Positions 51,586-62,162 of a DNA stretch of 64,000 bases are shown one piece after another. Every line of letters starts with the position of its first letter. Position 1 is the stretch's first letter. Position numbers and translations under genes: made by a program. Source of the DNA: Paramoeba atlantica (taxonomy: Eukaryota > Protista > Discosea); the NCBI GenBank assembly GCA_977017575.1, contig CDRNVI010000021.1:248001-312000 (forward strand). The letters run 5' to 3'. The notes beneath the pieces were generated by a model, which did no database searches, had not been told where the DNA came from, and saw only the letters and a program-made list of their open reading frames with translations.

Positions 51586-54500
51586 ATGAGTTGCGTCAGA
51601 AAATGCATTTCCAGGAAAAAAATCAACGTTCATGTTTGTAACGTAATTGGTAGACTAACTGGGAATCATGCTCGACGATACTGCACGTGTTTCGCTGAGA
51701 CCGCTAAGAATATCCATACGGCAAAGCGTTCTATTGACTCCGATTTTGGAGTAGTGTCTTTTGGATCATCGACGTGTAGCGTCTCAGACACCGAAACACA
51801 GACTTCAACTGCTCTAAAGATACTTTCCTCATCACATGATTTACAACAAACGGAAGGTGAACTTAACCAACTTGCTGAACATTTTTATTTTTCTCCATCA
51901 ATTCACAGTGAGTTGCTCAAACGCTGTGGAAAAATGCTTTTAGAACTACCGCACATGCGTCGAAGATATCCTACGAAAGCTGATTTAACTAAATCTTACC
52001 TTACACATTTGTCACTGTTCCCTCCTTCCCTGGTACTATCTGCATTACATTACATGTACAATTTTCACTTGTTGTTGTCTAGGCAAAGATCAAACGCCAA
52101 AAACATGAAATACGCTTCCTCTTCATGCGCTACTAAGGAGATAAGTTCCAGTCAAGAGATTGTAACAACACTTGTAAAACGGACTGAGAACGGACCCAAA
52201 TCATGCAAAATTCATGACAAAGACCTGGATCGTGTGAGAAGATTCTCACAAGTCTTGCGTGTTAGAATTTCCAAAATTTTACCTCGTTGCACAGTAGAAG
52301 AGGCAGCAAAAATGGCGTGGTACTGGACACGAGTTCGGCCTAAAGACACATCACTACTATTGCAGGTATCACAAAGAATGGTAAAATACCTACCTAAGGG
52401 ACATGCGGGGACTGAGCTATACACCCTAGTAAAACCATCAACAGCACTACAATTTTGCATAACAATGGCTCTATGTGAGCCATCTTGCACATCAAATCTT
52501 CGTCGCGTGGCACATGCTTTAGTTCCTTATGTTCTGGAGCACAGCCTTTCGACGCTAACCCCGCGTGAAGCTGTAAATCTGTTGAAACTTTACTCACGCC
52601 TTGAATTAAGAAATGGGTTATTGGATATTTTGAAACGTCTTTGCGAGATGCTTGAGAATAGCGAAGTCTCAATATACGATATTGCTACTGCAATACATGC
52701 AGTGGTACAAATACCCCAAACTCCGTCTGACGTGCTAGTCTTACTATATCACCATCTTATTCAAAAATGGCGAAAAGAAGAGAGTCATACGGTCCGTATT
52801 CCAACGTCGGTTTTTGCGCCGCTGCACGATCTTATGAATACGGAATTCTCATGGTGGGACAACACTTACGAACTCGTTTTGAGCGAATTGGAGAAGAAGT
52901 TTGTGAAGGCACCACGCAGCTATACTATGTCACCCCTTTCAAAAGAACCGCGCATAAGAGTACAAGATGCTATAAAATTTTCATACGCTCTTGCCATGCG
53001 TGAGAGTGCTTCGCCTTCTCACCCCTTTGCAACCTTCCTTTTAGTTCACGCTTTAAAGCATGCGTCCTGTTTAAACATCAGGGGGTTGCAGCGTTTAGTT
53101 ACTTCACAGGCACTTCTAACTCTCCGTGGGGGAGGTGATACAAAAATTTGTGAAGATATGATCACGTCTAATCTTTGCCCACTCATTGTACAGAAAATAG
53201 AGAGTATGGAGCGCAGAGCGACGGCACATGGACTATTTCTTCTAGGTACTTATTTCAGTGAAAATATTACTCCAGAGCAGCGCCGCATGTTACTTCATCG
53301 TTGGCTACAACTGGGTCCATCTTTTAACAGTACACTGCTCGCAATGAGTCTGCACGGCATATCAATGGTGAAACCTCAATTGAGTGAAGCAAGTCAAAAA
53401 TCCTTGGCTGATATATGCGACAGGAAAATATTGCGGCACTTGAAACCACAGGAAGTTCTATTGGTATGCAACGGCTTACAGTCACTCGGATTTACTGAGC
53501 CAGAGCCATACTTCATCTGTCGAAACCGTATTGCAGCTCTTGTTCCTGAAGTTTCCACGGCGGAAGTCGGACTACTACTGCAGTGTCTTGACTCGATCAG
53601 CCTGACCTCTACAAAAATTGTTATTTCTGCTATTCGACGTTTGGCTGAGCTTATCGAGGACACGCTACTCGAGACAACTTTATGGGCAACACGAGTTATA
53701 CTCAGTGGAATTTCAACTGAACGTTTGTATTACGGCGAGACGCTGCGTCGGCTTCAAATTCTCCTAAGACGCGAAATCATATCACGAGCACATAATGCAT
53801 CTTCTGCACTGTGTATTGCACTTCTAAATGTGTGTGGGGAGATGGCGATCCTAGATCACGCACTCTTTCGCACTGTTATCAATCGGGCATGTTCTTTTGA
53901 AAAGGAAATGATTAGCGCTATACCAAAGTATTCGAATCATTTAACTACCGCACAGGAATCCGAGAAGCCGCATGAACAGAATTCTATCACATCGTTGACT
54001 ACAGGAGCTCTTTTTACGCTACTGATTCACATTCCACGCTACTCACTCCTAGAAAGGAGTATTGTATTTTCTCTCCACACAGCTTGCTTAGAATTACAAC
54101 CTTCTCAATTATATCATCTGCTTATTCATTGCATTTGTCCACTGCAGGACTATCATGACAGTTCGCTGTCCAGCTTGTATGCATCTCTGTACACTAAAAT
54201 ACGAATTGCTGTTTTTGATGCGCTATGTACCCCGCAGAATGAACTTTCACCCCAAAGTCATCGCATTCGCAAGCTTTCATGGTTTACCATAAGCCAAACT
54301 ATATTGGCGATGAGCAATGCGCATTATTGTGACGAATATCTTCTTCTGGTGATGCTCCTTCATGCAGGGAAGGCCTATCACGCCGCTCGCCCCGAAAATA
54401 TTGTTGAAGTCCTTGCGGCAGCCGCACAGCTCAGCATCTTTCGTTTACCACAATTTCACTTCTTTTTTCGACGGATGAAATTGCAGACAGAGCGCATAGC

Positions 54501-54630
54501 CGAGTCATTCACCTCCGGTGAAATTAGAGCTCTATTACATATTTTGTGGAGCAATGGTCATTTCACTTACACCCGACTAGTGAGCATAATGGGTGAACGT
54601 GCGCTAGAACTGGAAATCAAGGGCTATTGA
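51586..54630 (+). CDS. Large alpha-helical repeat protein, possibly a mitochondrial RNA-binding (HPR/FASTK-like) protein
   Basis: 1014-aa Leu-rich ORF with mitochondrial-like N-terminus and recurring ~35-40-aa helical units. Confidence 0.55.
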   Translation: MSCVRKCISRKKINVHVCNVIGRLTGNHARRYCTCFAETAKNIHTAKRSIDSDFGVVSFGSSTCSVSDTETQTSTALKILSSSHDLQQTEGELNQLAEHFYFSPSIHSELLKRCGKMLLELPHMRRRYPTKADLTKSYLTHLSLFPPSLVLSALHYMYNFHLLLSRQRSNAKNMKYASSSCATKEISSSQEIVTTLVKRTENGPKSCKIHDKDLDRVRRFSQVLRVRISKILPRCTVEEAAKMAWYWTRVRPKDTSLLLQVSQRMVKYLPKGHAGTELYTLVKPSTALQFCITMALCEPSCTSNLRRVAHALVPYVLEHSLSTLTPREAVNLLKLYSRLELRNGLLDILKRLCEMLENSEVSIYDIATAIHAVVQIPQTPSDVLVLLYHHLIQKWRKEESHTVRIPTSVFAPLHDLMNTEFSWWDNTYELVLSELEKKFVKAPRSYTMSPLSKEPRIRVQDAIKFSYALAMRESASPSHPFATFLLVHALKHASCLNIRGLQRLVTSQALLTLRGGGDTKICEDMITSNLCPLIVQKIESMERRATAHGLFLLGTYFSENITPEQRRMLLHRWLQLGPSFNSTLLAMSLHGISMVKPQLSEASQKSLADICDRKILRHLKPQEVLLVCNGLQSLGFTEPEPYFICRNRIAALVPEVSTAEVGLLLQCLDSISLTSTKIVISAIRRLAELIEDTLLETTLWATRVILSGISTERLYYGETLRRLQILLRREIISRAHNASSALCIALLNVCGEMAILDHALFRTVINRACSFEKEMISAIPKYSNHLTTAQESEKPHEQNSITSLTTGALFTLLIHIPRYSLLERSIVFSLHTACLELQPSQLYHLLIHCICPLQDYHDSSLSSLYASLYTKIRIAVFDALCTPQNELSPQSHRIRKLSWFTISQTILAMSNAHYCDEYLLLVMLLHAGKAYHAARPENIVEVLAAAAQLSIFRLPQFHFFFRRMKLQTERIAESFTSGEIRALLHILWSNGHFTYTRLVSIMGERALELEIKGY

Positions 54631-54806
54631 ATTTCCCTCGAACATTTCTTTGAAGTATGTTTATACAATGTATGTGTACAAGTATATTTTAATGATTAAT
54701 TTTGAGCTGTAATACACAAAATTTTACCGATTGAGACATAAAATTTCTTTCTAGAATAGATTATGACCTAATCATGCGAATCTTGTGAATTCAGTGTTGG
54801 CTTTTC

Positions 54807-55130
54807 ATGTCGTGGTACAAAGGATTCTTTTTTGGCAATGACGAAAGCTTTCTTACAAGACCACTTCCACCTGAACTGCAAAATAAACATGTGAACCAAA
54901 TCTTAAACCGACATGATTTTCATCCATATCGCCCAAATCTGGATAAATCACACGAGTGCTCTAAGCAGAACGATAAGTTCTATCAATGTATGGTATCACT
55001 TCCCGAAGAACTTGAACTCTACCAAAAGCACGTTCAGTGCTACTATCCTCTCAAAGTTGAGTTGATGAAATGTTTCGTGAGGCATCCGCCACCTAAAAAT
55101 GAAGAAGGAATGCTAGACCATGAAAAGTGA
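54807..55130 (+). CDS. Small twin-Cx9C-like (CHCH) mitochondrial intermembrane-space protein
   Basis: CSKQNDKFYQC (Cx9C) and CYYPLKVELMKC (Cx10C). Confidence 0.55.
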   Translation: MSWYKGFFFGNDESFLTRPLPPELQNKHVNQILNRHDFHPYRPNLDKSHECSKQNDKFYQCMVSLPEELELYQKHVQCYYPLKVELMKCFVRHPPPKNEEGMLDHEK

Positions 55131-55433
55131 TTCGAAAAGATTACATGGCAGTGGGATTTCCTCCCTTAGATGCGGGGTTCTTGTAATTTGCATTGTAGAC
55201 TCTTGTTGCAATGACTGAGCAGCACGTAGTGTCATTTCGGGAGTATCATGAAGGATACTCTGGGGCTTGATTTGTTTTACTTTTATACAACATTTGTACA
55301 TGTACACCTTTATATTGAGCTTGGGTGTAACGTATTCACTGTCTCTACAGGAAGATTTACTTGCGCATGACGACTCGCAGAATTTTTCTTATCAAAACCA
55401 TTTTAGCAAAAAGTTACCACTTCTACTCCTATA

Positions 55434-57068
55434 ATGCACATCACCCAACGCTTCCTCTCCACCAAAGGCAAAGACGTTCTCTTTGGTCAAGAAGCCCGTG
55501 AGGCCATGCTCCACGGTGTGGACAAACTCACCAAAGCCGTCGCCGTCACTCTTGGCCCCGGCGGCCGCAATGTCCTCCTTGAACAATCCTACGGTGCCCC
55601 CAAAATCACCAAAGACGGGGTCACGGTCGCGAAATCTGTCGAATTCTCGGATAAATTTGAAAACCTCGGGGCACAGCTCGTGCGGCAGGTCGCCAACACC
55701 ACCAACGACGTCGCGGGGGATGGCACCACCACCGCCACCCTGCTCGCGAGCTCCATCTTCACCGAGGGCTACCGCACCGCCTCCACCGGGGCGAACCCGA
55801 TCGATATCAAACGCGGCATCGACCTCGCGGTGAAGGAGGTGGTGAACCATCTCGAGACCATGGCGAAGGCCGTCACCTCCAACGCGGATATTCGCAGTGT
55901 AGCCACCATCAGTGCCAACGGGGATAACCAAATCGGAAACCTCATCGCGGATGCCATGGCGAAGATCGGACCCACCGGGGTGATTACCACCCAGGATGGG
56001 CGAACGATGCAAACCGAGGTGGATGTGCAGGAGGGGATGAGTATTGACAAAGGATACATCTCACCGCATTTCGTGACGGAGAGTAAGACACAAAAGTGTG
56101 AGCTGGAGGACTGTTTCGTGTTGGTGCATCAAAAGAAGATTTCGAACTTAAATACTCTGTTGCCGGTGTTGAACCATGTCGCGAGTGCGGGGAAGCCATT
56201 GTTGATTGTGGCGGAGGATGTTGATGGGGAGGCCCTGACGACTCTGGTGATTAACAAGAGTGTGGGGAAACTGAAGGTGTGTGCCGTGAAGGCTCCGGCA
56301 TTCGGGGATGAGAAGGTGAACTACCTCCAGGATATTGCGATTATGACCGGGGCGGAACTGGTTTCGGAGGATTTGGGACTGAGTTTGGATGCGGAGAGTT
56401 TCAAACCCGCGTGGTTGGGGAAGGTTTCCCGGGTTTCCTCGACCAAAGATAACACGGTGTTGCTCGGGGGTGGTGGTGCCAAGGATGCCGTACAGGACCG
56501 TGTGGAGCTGCTGAAGAGTCTGCTGGAGGTCGAGACCAGTGAGTACAAGAAGGAGAAAATTCAGAGCCGGCTGGCTAAGCTAAGCGGAGGAGTGGCGGTG
56601 ATCCACGTCGGCGGGGCATCGGACATGGAGGTCTCGGAGAAGAAGGATCGCATCACGGATGCTCTGTGTGCCACACGCGCGGCGGTCGAGGAGGGAATCG
56701 TTCCGGGCGGTGGGGTCGCATTGCTGCGTGCGGTTCCGAAGCTGGAGGCGATGCTAAAAAATAAGAAACTGGCCGAGGAGAGTCGTATCGGGATTCAAAT
56801 CGTGCGCAACGCCATTCGCCTTCCTACTAAGGTGATTGCGTCCAACGCAGGAGTGGAGGGTACCGTCGTGGTGGAGAGGGTGTTGGAACAAAAGACTCCT
56901 ACAATGGGCTACGACGCCGTCTCGCACACGATGAAGGACATGATGGCTGCAGGAATCGTAGATCCATTGAAGGTAGTGAAAAGTGCTTTGGTCGATGCAG
57001 CGAGCGTATCCTCATTAATGATGACGACCGAAGCAGCAGTATGCGATGCGTCAGAAAAGAAAGCGTAA
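55434..57068 (+). CDS. HSP60: Mitochondrial chaperonin 60
   Basis: [41 protein letters not shown]; short presequence. Confidence 0.97.
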   Translation: MHITQRFLSTKGKDVLFGQEAREAMLHGVDKLTKAVAVTLGPGGRNVLLEQSYGAPKITKDGVTVAKSVEFSDKFENLGAQLVRQVANTTNDVAGDGTTTATLLASSIFTEGYRTASTGANPIDIKRGIDLAVKEVVNHLETMAKAVTSNADIRSVATISANGDNQIGNLIADAMAKIGPTGVITTQDGRTMQTEVDVQEGMSIDKGYISPHFVTESKTQKCELEDCFVLVHQKKISNLNTLLPVLNHVASAGKPLLIVAEDVDGEALTTLVINKSVGKLKVCAVKAPAFGDEKVNYLQDIAIMTGAELVSEDLGLSLDAESFKPAWLGKVSRVSSTKDNTVLLGGGGAKDAVQDRVELLKSLLEVETSEYKKEKIQSRLAKLSGGVAVIHVGGASDMEVSEKKDRITDALCATRAAVEEGIVPGGGVALLRAVPKLEAMLKNKKLAEESRIGIQIVRNAIRLPTKVIASNAGVEGTVVVERVLEQKTPTMGYDAVSHTMKDMMAAGIVDPLKVVKSALVDAASVSSLMMTTEAAVCDASEKKA

Positions 57069-57609
57069 CCGTTGACTAAATAAATGCCAATAAGTTCAGC
57101 GACAAGTCCATATTGTTCAACACATACCATACAAAAAAAAATTGAAAAAAATCGGTTCTACTTTTTGCATGAACGATGAGCGCCACAGTCGTTTGCTAGT
57201 TTTTAAAAATTTGTAATCACAAAATGCTGCAACTGTTGTGAGCAGATGTTTTTATTTCACTTTCATCGATCGGGTTATCTTTGAGTACTACTTTGCTTCT
57301 TTCACATACTATACACTCTCTTCAGTACTCTTTCAAACGTAAATATCAACATGGAAATACATGTATGAATATATCGACCTCTTAATTTACTAATGTTCAT
57401 TCTCGGCTTCCCTCGAATGTATTATGATTTATTAAATAGCAAAACATAACGAAATTTTGGTGACAGTTGATAAAGTTGGATTAGGGGGGCAAAGTCACAA
57501 TTATTTCTTTTTTTGATTTGGATGAATCAGTTTTCTATTTCGATCCTTTTTTGACTATTGGCCTATTGAATCCGTATGTAACTGATTGGTGCTCTTAGGA
57601 TGCTCACCT

Positions 57610-58989
57610 ATGGGAGAAATTCTAATTCAAAATATGAGCTTAAGGTTAGATGAACCTGGGGCTCCGATTGGCGAAGGACGTTATTCACAAGTCTACGCTG
57701 CACTGGACAGCAGATCTGGAAAGCGTGTTGTTCTGAAAGTCTTTCGCACATTGAATGACGAACATAACAATGGTCAAGATCCATCCTTGGAATGGCTGAA
57801 ATACGGTTATCCACGGCATGTATTACGTGAAATACATATTTTGTCTACTCTTAAGCACAAGAACATTGTAGATTTTATTTGCGCTGCCCAGATCAAAACA
57901 TCATTTTTTCGCGCAGCTATCCATTTTAAGCGGGCAAAACGAGGTAAAAAGTCTGAAAGTAAAGAAATACAGAAGGAAACTCGAATAGGTTACGGCGAAC
58001 TTTGTTATAAATTGAGTCACAACTACTCAGACAGTCAGCAAGACAATCCTGCGTGTTCTCGACTTCATGAAGTACTTCACGATGAATCATTCGAAGATGT
58101 CCTTATTTTTGAACGCTGTACAAAGAATTTAATTTCTTTGCTTCAAATAGGCACTAGATTGGCACCCTCTGTGCGTCTTCATATTGCTCGTCAGCTTTTT
58201 TGCGGCATTCAATATCTTCACGACAGCGGAGTTCTTCACCGCGACATCAAGCCCGCTAATATTCTTATAGCTGACCAGTGTGTTCTCAAGCTGTGTGATT
58301 TGGGTTTGGCACGATACAAACAAGATGGATCATTGCTATGTACAACTATTGGCACACCATTTTACCGAGCACCTGAACTCTGTGCTCAGAGGCGGCCAGA
58401 AGATAAATTGAATACTGAAATTTCCTTAACATATGATGAATCCGTAGATCTATGGAGTGCAGGAATTGTTCTTGCAGAATTATATTTGCGACCACATTGG
58501 AGGAGAATATGTTCACATCAAGCGTTTCGCGCCTATTTTAGCATGCATTTTCCGTATCTAATGGCTCCATCTTCAGCGGATTTAACTCGTCCAAATTTTC
58601 ATGAGCTTGAAGGAGGAGCTTCAGATCCTCCATTAGAAGAAGAATCTATTGAATCATCGAATCAGGAGGCAGTTCACACACTCAAGAAGGCGACCATACA
58701 CGGAGTGACAGACACCGCACTACTACAAAGATATCGCGCGTTGTTGACAGCTCATGCGAGCTCGCCGCAGATTGCACAAAATCTAGACATAGAACACAAC
58801 CTAAGCGACAGGGTTTCATCGAACACTAGTTTGCTTCACGACGTGCTACAATTCGCGGAGGTTCCGATGGCTGTATCAAATGTAATCACGGGGCTTATAC
58901 GAATGCAGCCAGAGCAGCGACTTCGTGCAAGCGCTGTTGTCGAAGAACTCGGAGAGCCAGAATACGGCGCTGCACATTGGTATCCGTAA
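57610..58989 (+). CDS. Divergent CDK-like (CMGC) kinase with long inserts
   Basis: IGEGRYSQVY, VLK, GYPRHVLREI (alphaC), HRDIKPANIL, DLGLAR, GTPFYRAPEL, DLWSAG. Confidence 0.8.
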   Translation: MGEILIQNMSLRLDEPGAPIGEGRYSQVYAALDSRSGKRVVLKVFRTLNDEHNNGQDPSLEWLKYGYPRHVLREIHILSTLKHKNIVDFICAAQIKTSFFRAAIHFKRAKRGKKSESKEIQKETRIGYGELCYKLSHNYSDSQQDNPACSRLHEVLHDESFEDVLIFERCTKNLISLLQIGTRLAPSVRLHIARQLFCGIQYLHDSGVLHRDIKPANILIADQCVLKLCDLGLARYKQDGSLLCTTIGTPFYRAPELCAQRRPEDKLNTEISLTYDESVDLWSAGIVLAELYLRPHWRRICSHQAFRAYFSMHFPYLMAPSSADLTRPNFHELEGGASDPPLEEESIESSNQEAVHTLKKATIHGVTDTALLQRYRALLTAHASSPQIAQNLDIEHNLSDRVSSNTSLLHDVLQFAEVPMAVSNVITGLIRMQPEQRLRASAVVEELGEPEYGAAHWYP

Positions 58990-59306
58990 CGTACAACTAT
59001 CATGCTATCTTATCACATGAAGAATTTTTATTATTTTACCTAACCATCTTGAAATCTAACCATCTTGGCAACGGGATGACCTCCGAGATAGGACGTTCGA
59101 GTATAAGCTCAGCTAAGAACAGGGCCGTCAGAAGACGTATAATCATCTGCCGGGATGCGTGCTCAGCAAAGATGTTTATGAAAGTCACCTGCAAAATACA
59201 AAACAGCGAAAAGAATCTCAAAAACATCACAACTTTTTGCGTCACAAATACAGTATGTAAGAGTCTTCAGTGTTCTGTGCCGATTCTGGCCTCTCAACGC
59301 CTCTCA

Positions 59307-59433
59307 AGCGTCCTAGTCCTTTCAATTTAGAAATGGTTAGCGATCAGGGAATTAGGAAAGGGAAAAAAGAATGCAGTTATGACTATCTCACTCAGCGTCC
59401 TAGTACTTTCAATTTAGAAATGGTTAGCGATCA
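59307..59433. repeat. 40-bp direct repeat pair
   Basis: agcgtcctagt(c/a)ctttcaatttagaaatggttagcgatca at 59307-59346 and 59394-59433. Confidence 0.9.
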
Positions 59434-59673
59434 CAAAAAATGTACTTGAAAAAATAAAATGCATCGATAGCACTGGGGTTTTTCTGAGTGCTAGTAAACG
59501 GGTGCAGTGAATTTACCCATGCTGAACCGTAGGATTTACTGCGGTGGACTCCATAATATGAGAATACTTTTAAAACTTCATACATACCTCATATTCATAC
59601 CTCAGTAGAATACACCTAAACGGAAATTTGTGTTAATCTTTTTACTCGAAACCGATTATCCGTTTCGTTCCTC

Positions 59674-60888
59674 ATGTCTCGACAACCCAGCACGCGTTCT
59701 TCGCTTCGGAGTTCCCGACGTGAGTTCTCCACCGTCCCCTCCCACTACCCCATGCTCCCTCTTCGCACTTACCCCGAGACCAGGACGGAGTCTCCCTACT
59801 CCCTGCAGAAACGTTTTGCCGAGCGTTCCCACAGTCGCACCGCACAGCGCCCTCGAATGCAATGGGGCACGGTTCCCTTCTCACGAAACTCCTCCATAGA
59901 GCCCTCACGTGGATACGAGCCCCCTCGTATCCCGCAGCTGTCGAATCTTCAGCATTCTCCGGAGTACCGGAGTTCCTCACGGGTGTCCTCCAGCCGCCCA
60001 CGCTCCTCCTTCATGGCCCCGACGCGTTCCTCCGCATCTCGTGTGAATGAGACTGTGGAGCGTCTAGCCTCCCTTCGCATGTACCCCTCGTCCCGGCCCT
60101 CCTTCTCAACCAAGTATGGGACATCGCAGCCGAACTATGTGGCCTCTTTCGGTGAGGCCGAGACAGTGACCTCATTAGCTTCGCTACCGCAACAACGCGT
60201 AGAGGAGCCGGTCGAGTTTAGTGGTGACATGCGACAGCAGTACGAGCAGGAGGACGAGTTTGTTGCGCAAGAAGAAACGTATCCTTCTGAGGTAGCGCAG
60301 CCCATGCAGAGTTTTACCCAAGATCCAAGAGTTGAAATTGAGTCTCTGCGTCAACAAGTCCTCGCTCTGAATCGAGCGCTGCGAAACTCGACGCTTCGAC
60401 TGGAGGAGGTGGAGGCCGTGAGTCGGGAGCAGCTTGTGGAGGACAAGCATACCATCGCGGAACTCACCCTAGAGAACCGGAATCTTAAGGCAGAGATGGC
60501 TGCCCTGCGGCAAAGAATTGAGTTTTCCCCGGCACAGCCTTCCTATACGGATGTAAAGCTTCATGAGGCATCCGTGACAGAGGCTAATCTCCGTGCGGAA
60601 GTGGAGCGAAACCACCAAATGATTGCCAATCTTCAGGATCGGCTGACAGAGCTACAGACACCAGAGGGTTACGATGCTCAGCATGGTGAGTTGACGTACG
60701 ATGAAGACGAAGTCCAGAATCCTTCTGAAATTGATGGAGCTATCGTCATGGACGAAGTAAATATGCAAAAGGATGAATATGGGCTTCCGATCTACAGTGA
60801 CCCACACAGTACCCCATCTCCAAGAAGCCGTGCCCAAGCAATTCTGAGTCCCACTCCTGAGCAGAGCGGTTCCGAAGATGACTATTAA
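59674..60888 (+). CDS. Hypothetical Ser/Arg-rich + coiled-coil protein
   Basis: 404-aa ORF with heptad region IESLRQQVLALNRAL.. Confidence 0.65.
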   Translation: MSRQPSTRSSLRSSRREFSTVPSHYPMLPLRTYPETRTESPYSLQKRFAERSHSRTAQRPRMQWGTVPFSRNSSIEPSRGYEPPRIPQLSNLQHSPEYRSSSRVSSSRPRSSFMAPTRSSASRVNETVERLASLRMYPSSRPSFSTKYGTSQPNYVASFGEAETVTSLASLPQQRVEEPVEFSGDMRQQYEQEDEFVAQEETYPSEVAQPMQSFTQDPRVEIESLRQQVLALNRALRNSTLRLEEVEAVSREQLVEDKHTIAELTLENRNLKAEMAALRQRIEFSPAQPSYTDVKLHEASVTEANLRAEVERNHQMIANLQDRLTELQTPEGYDAQHGELTYDEDEVQNPSEIDGAIVMDEVNMQKDEYGLPIYSDPHSTPSPRSRAQAILSPTPEQSGSEDDY

Positions 60889-61298
60889 CCAAGATTTCAT
60901 TTAGAATAGATGAATCCTTTCGTGTTATTGAAGTTTATAATGCTAGCTAAGAGACTTTGCTTCCTCCTCTGCCTAGCATTCGAATCTCACGACGAACGAA
61001 AAAGAACGCTCATAGTAGATAGATATCAAAATAATGCAGTGTATGTAGAGTGCCATATTCTAAAATAACATCTCAACTCGAAGGTGAGACAAAATCGGGC
61101 GAGACGAAAACTTTCGGGTAGTAATCTTACTCATGCACCCCTTTGACGTTGTATTAGAGCCAGCTAGCGAAAGTTCCTTGTTTGCTGTAAAAACGTTTTG
61201 AAAGGCATGATTTTCATGTCATTTTTTCTTCATAACATTCTCGACAAAAATATTCTTCAGAGTACTACTTTCTAATAGAGTGTTTTTAATTTAGATAA

Positions 61299-61919
61299 AT
61301 GTCGGAAAGTTCATCGCAATTATTTCGCGACCTCCAAGAAGCTAATCAGGAGTTTATTCAACAAATGAGGAACAGAGATCGCTCAGCTGAAACTCCATTA
61401 CCTCAAGTTGATGATCTTGTAGACGGAGCTAAACGAACGATAGATTTACTATGGAATCGAATACCAGATGGTGTGGAGGAATACGTGAACTCAGAGAGTA
61501 AGAAAATTGTAGAATCAGAGAACCTACCGGTAGTTGAACAACTTATAAGGCGACGATCGCTATGCGAAACCTATAAAAGGTGTGCTGATAAAGCACTCAC
61601 TCATTTGGTGAAATTGACGGAAAAGGTGACCGACTCCGAGAGGAACTCACTGCGCACTGCTATAGAATCTATGGGCACTTCTTGCACAATGCTTACGGAA
61701 ATATCTGATTTAGAAGATAAGGCAATACTTGATCTGATGAACACTGGACTGTTGCGTATTCAAACTCTTCGGTACGATTTACCGGAAGGTGTAGAGGAAA
61801 TCAAGGAACTCGTTACTGATATGACCAAAAAATATAGGTCTCCTCTCTTTTTACATCAGAACAAATTGCTAAGGAACATAAAGGCACTGAAGAATCAACA
61901 AAAAAGAAAAGATGTGTAA
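61299..61919 (+). CDS. Hypothetical helical protein (206 aa)
   Basis: ATG ORF flanked by AT-rich spacers. Confidence 0.6.
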   Translation: MSESSSQLFRDLQEANQEFIQQMRNRDRSAETPLPQVDDLVDGAKRTIDLLWNRIPDGVEEYVNSESKKIVESENLPVVEQLIRRRSLCETYKRCADKALTHLVKLTEKVTDSERNSLRTAIESMGTSCTMLTEISDLEDKAILDLMNTGLLRIQTLRYDLPEGVEEIKELVTDMTKKYRSPLFLHQNKLLRNIKALKNQQKRKDV

Positions 61920-62162
61920 GAAATAATTCAACTCCACATTTAGTAATTCGTCACTCACAGTGCTAAAAGAATTTGTATCTAGTGATTTTGTTAAAAATCG
62001 GTTTCCTTATTCCAGAGGATTTCGCACATTACTTGACAAGTTTACGCTTTTGAGGGGTTACCCTACTCTTGCTGCATGACACCTTAAAATTACTCAGACA
62101 CAAACGTGTTTTACACCACAACAAATCCAAAATCAAATCAAGGGTAATCCAACGGTAATTCA

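Noticed and set aside
55434-57068. Bacterial groEL or contamination
   Set aside because: Mitochondrial-type presequence, no groES, embedded among eukaryotic genes with the same compositional pattern.
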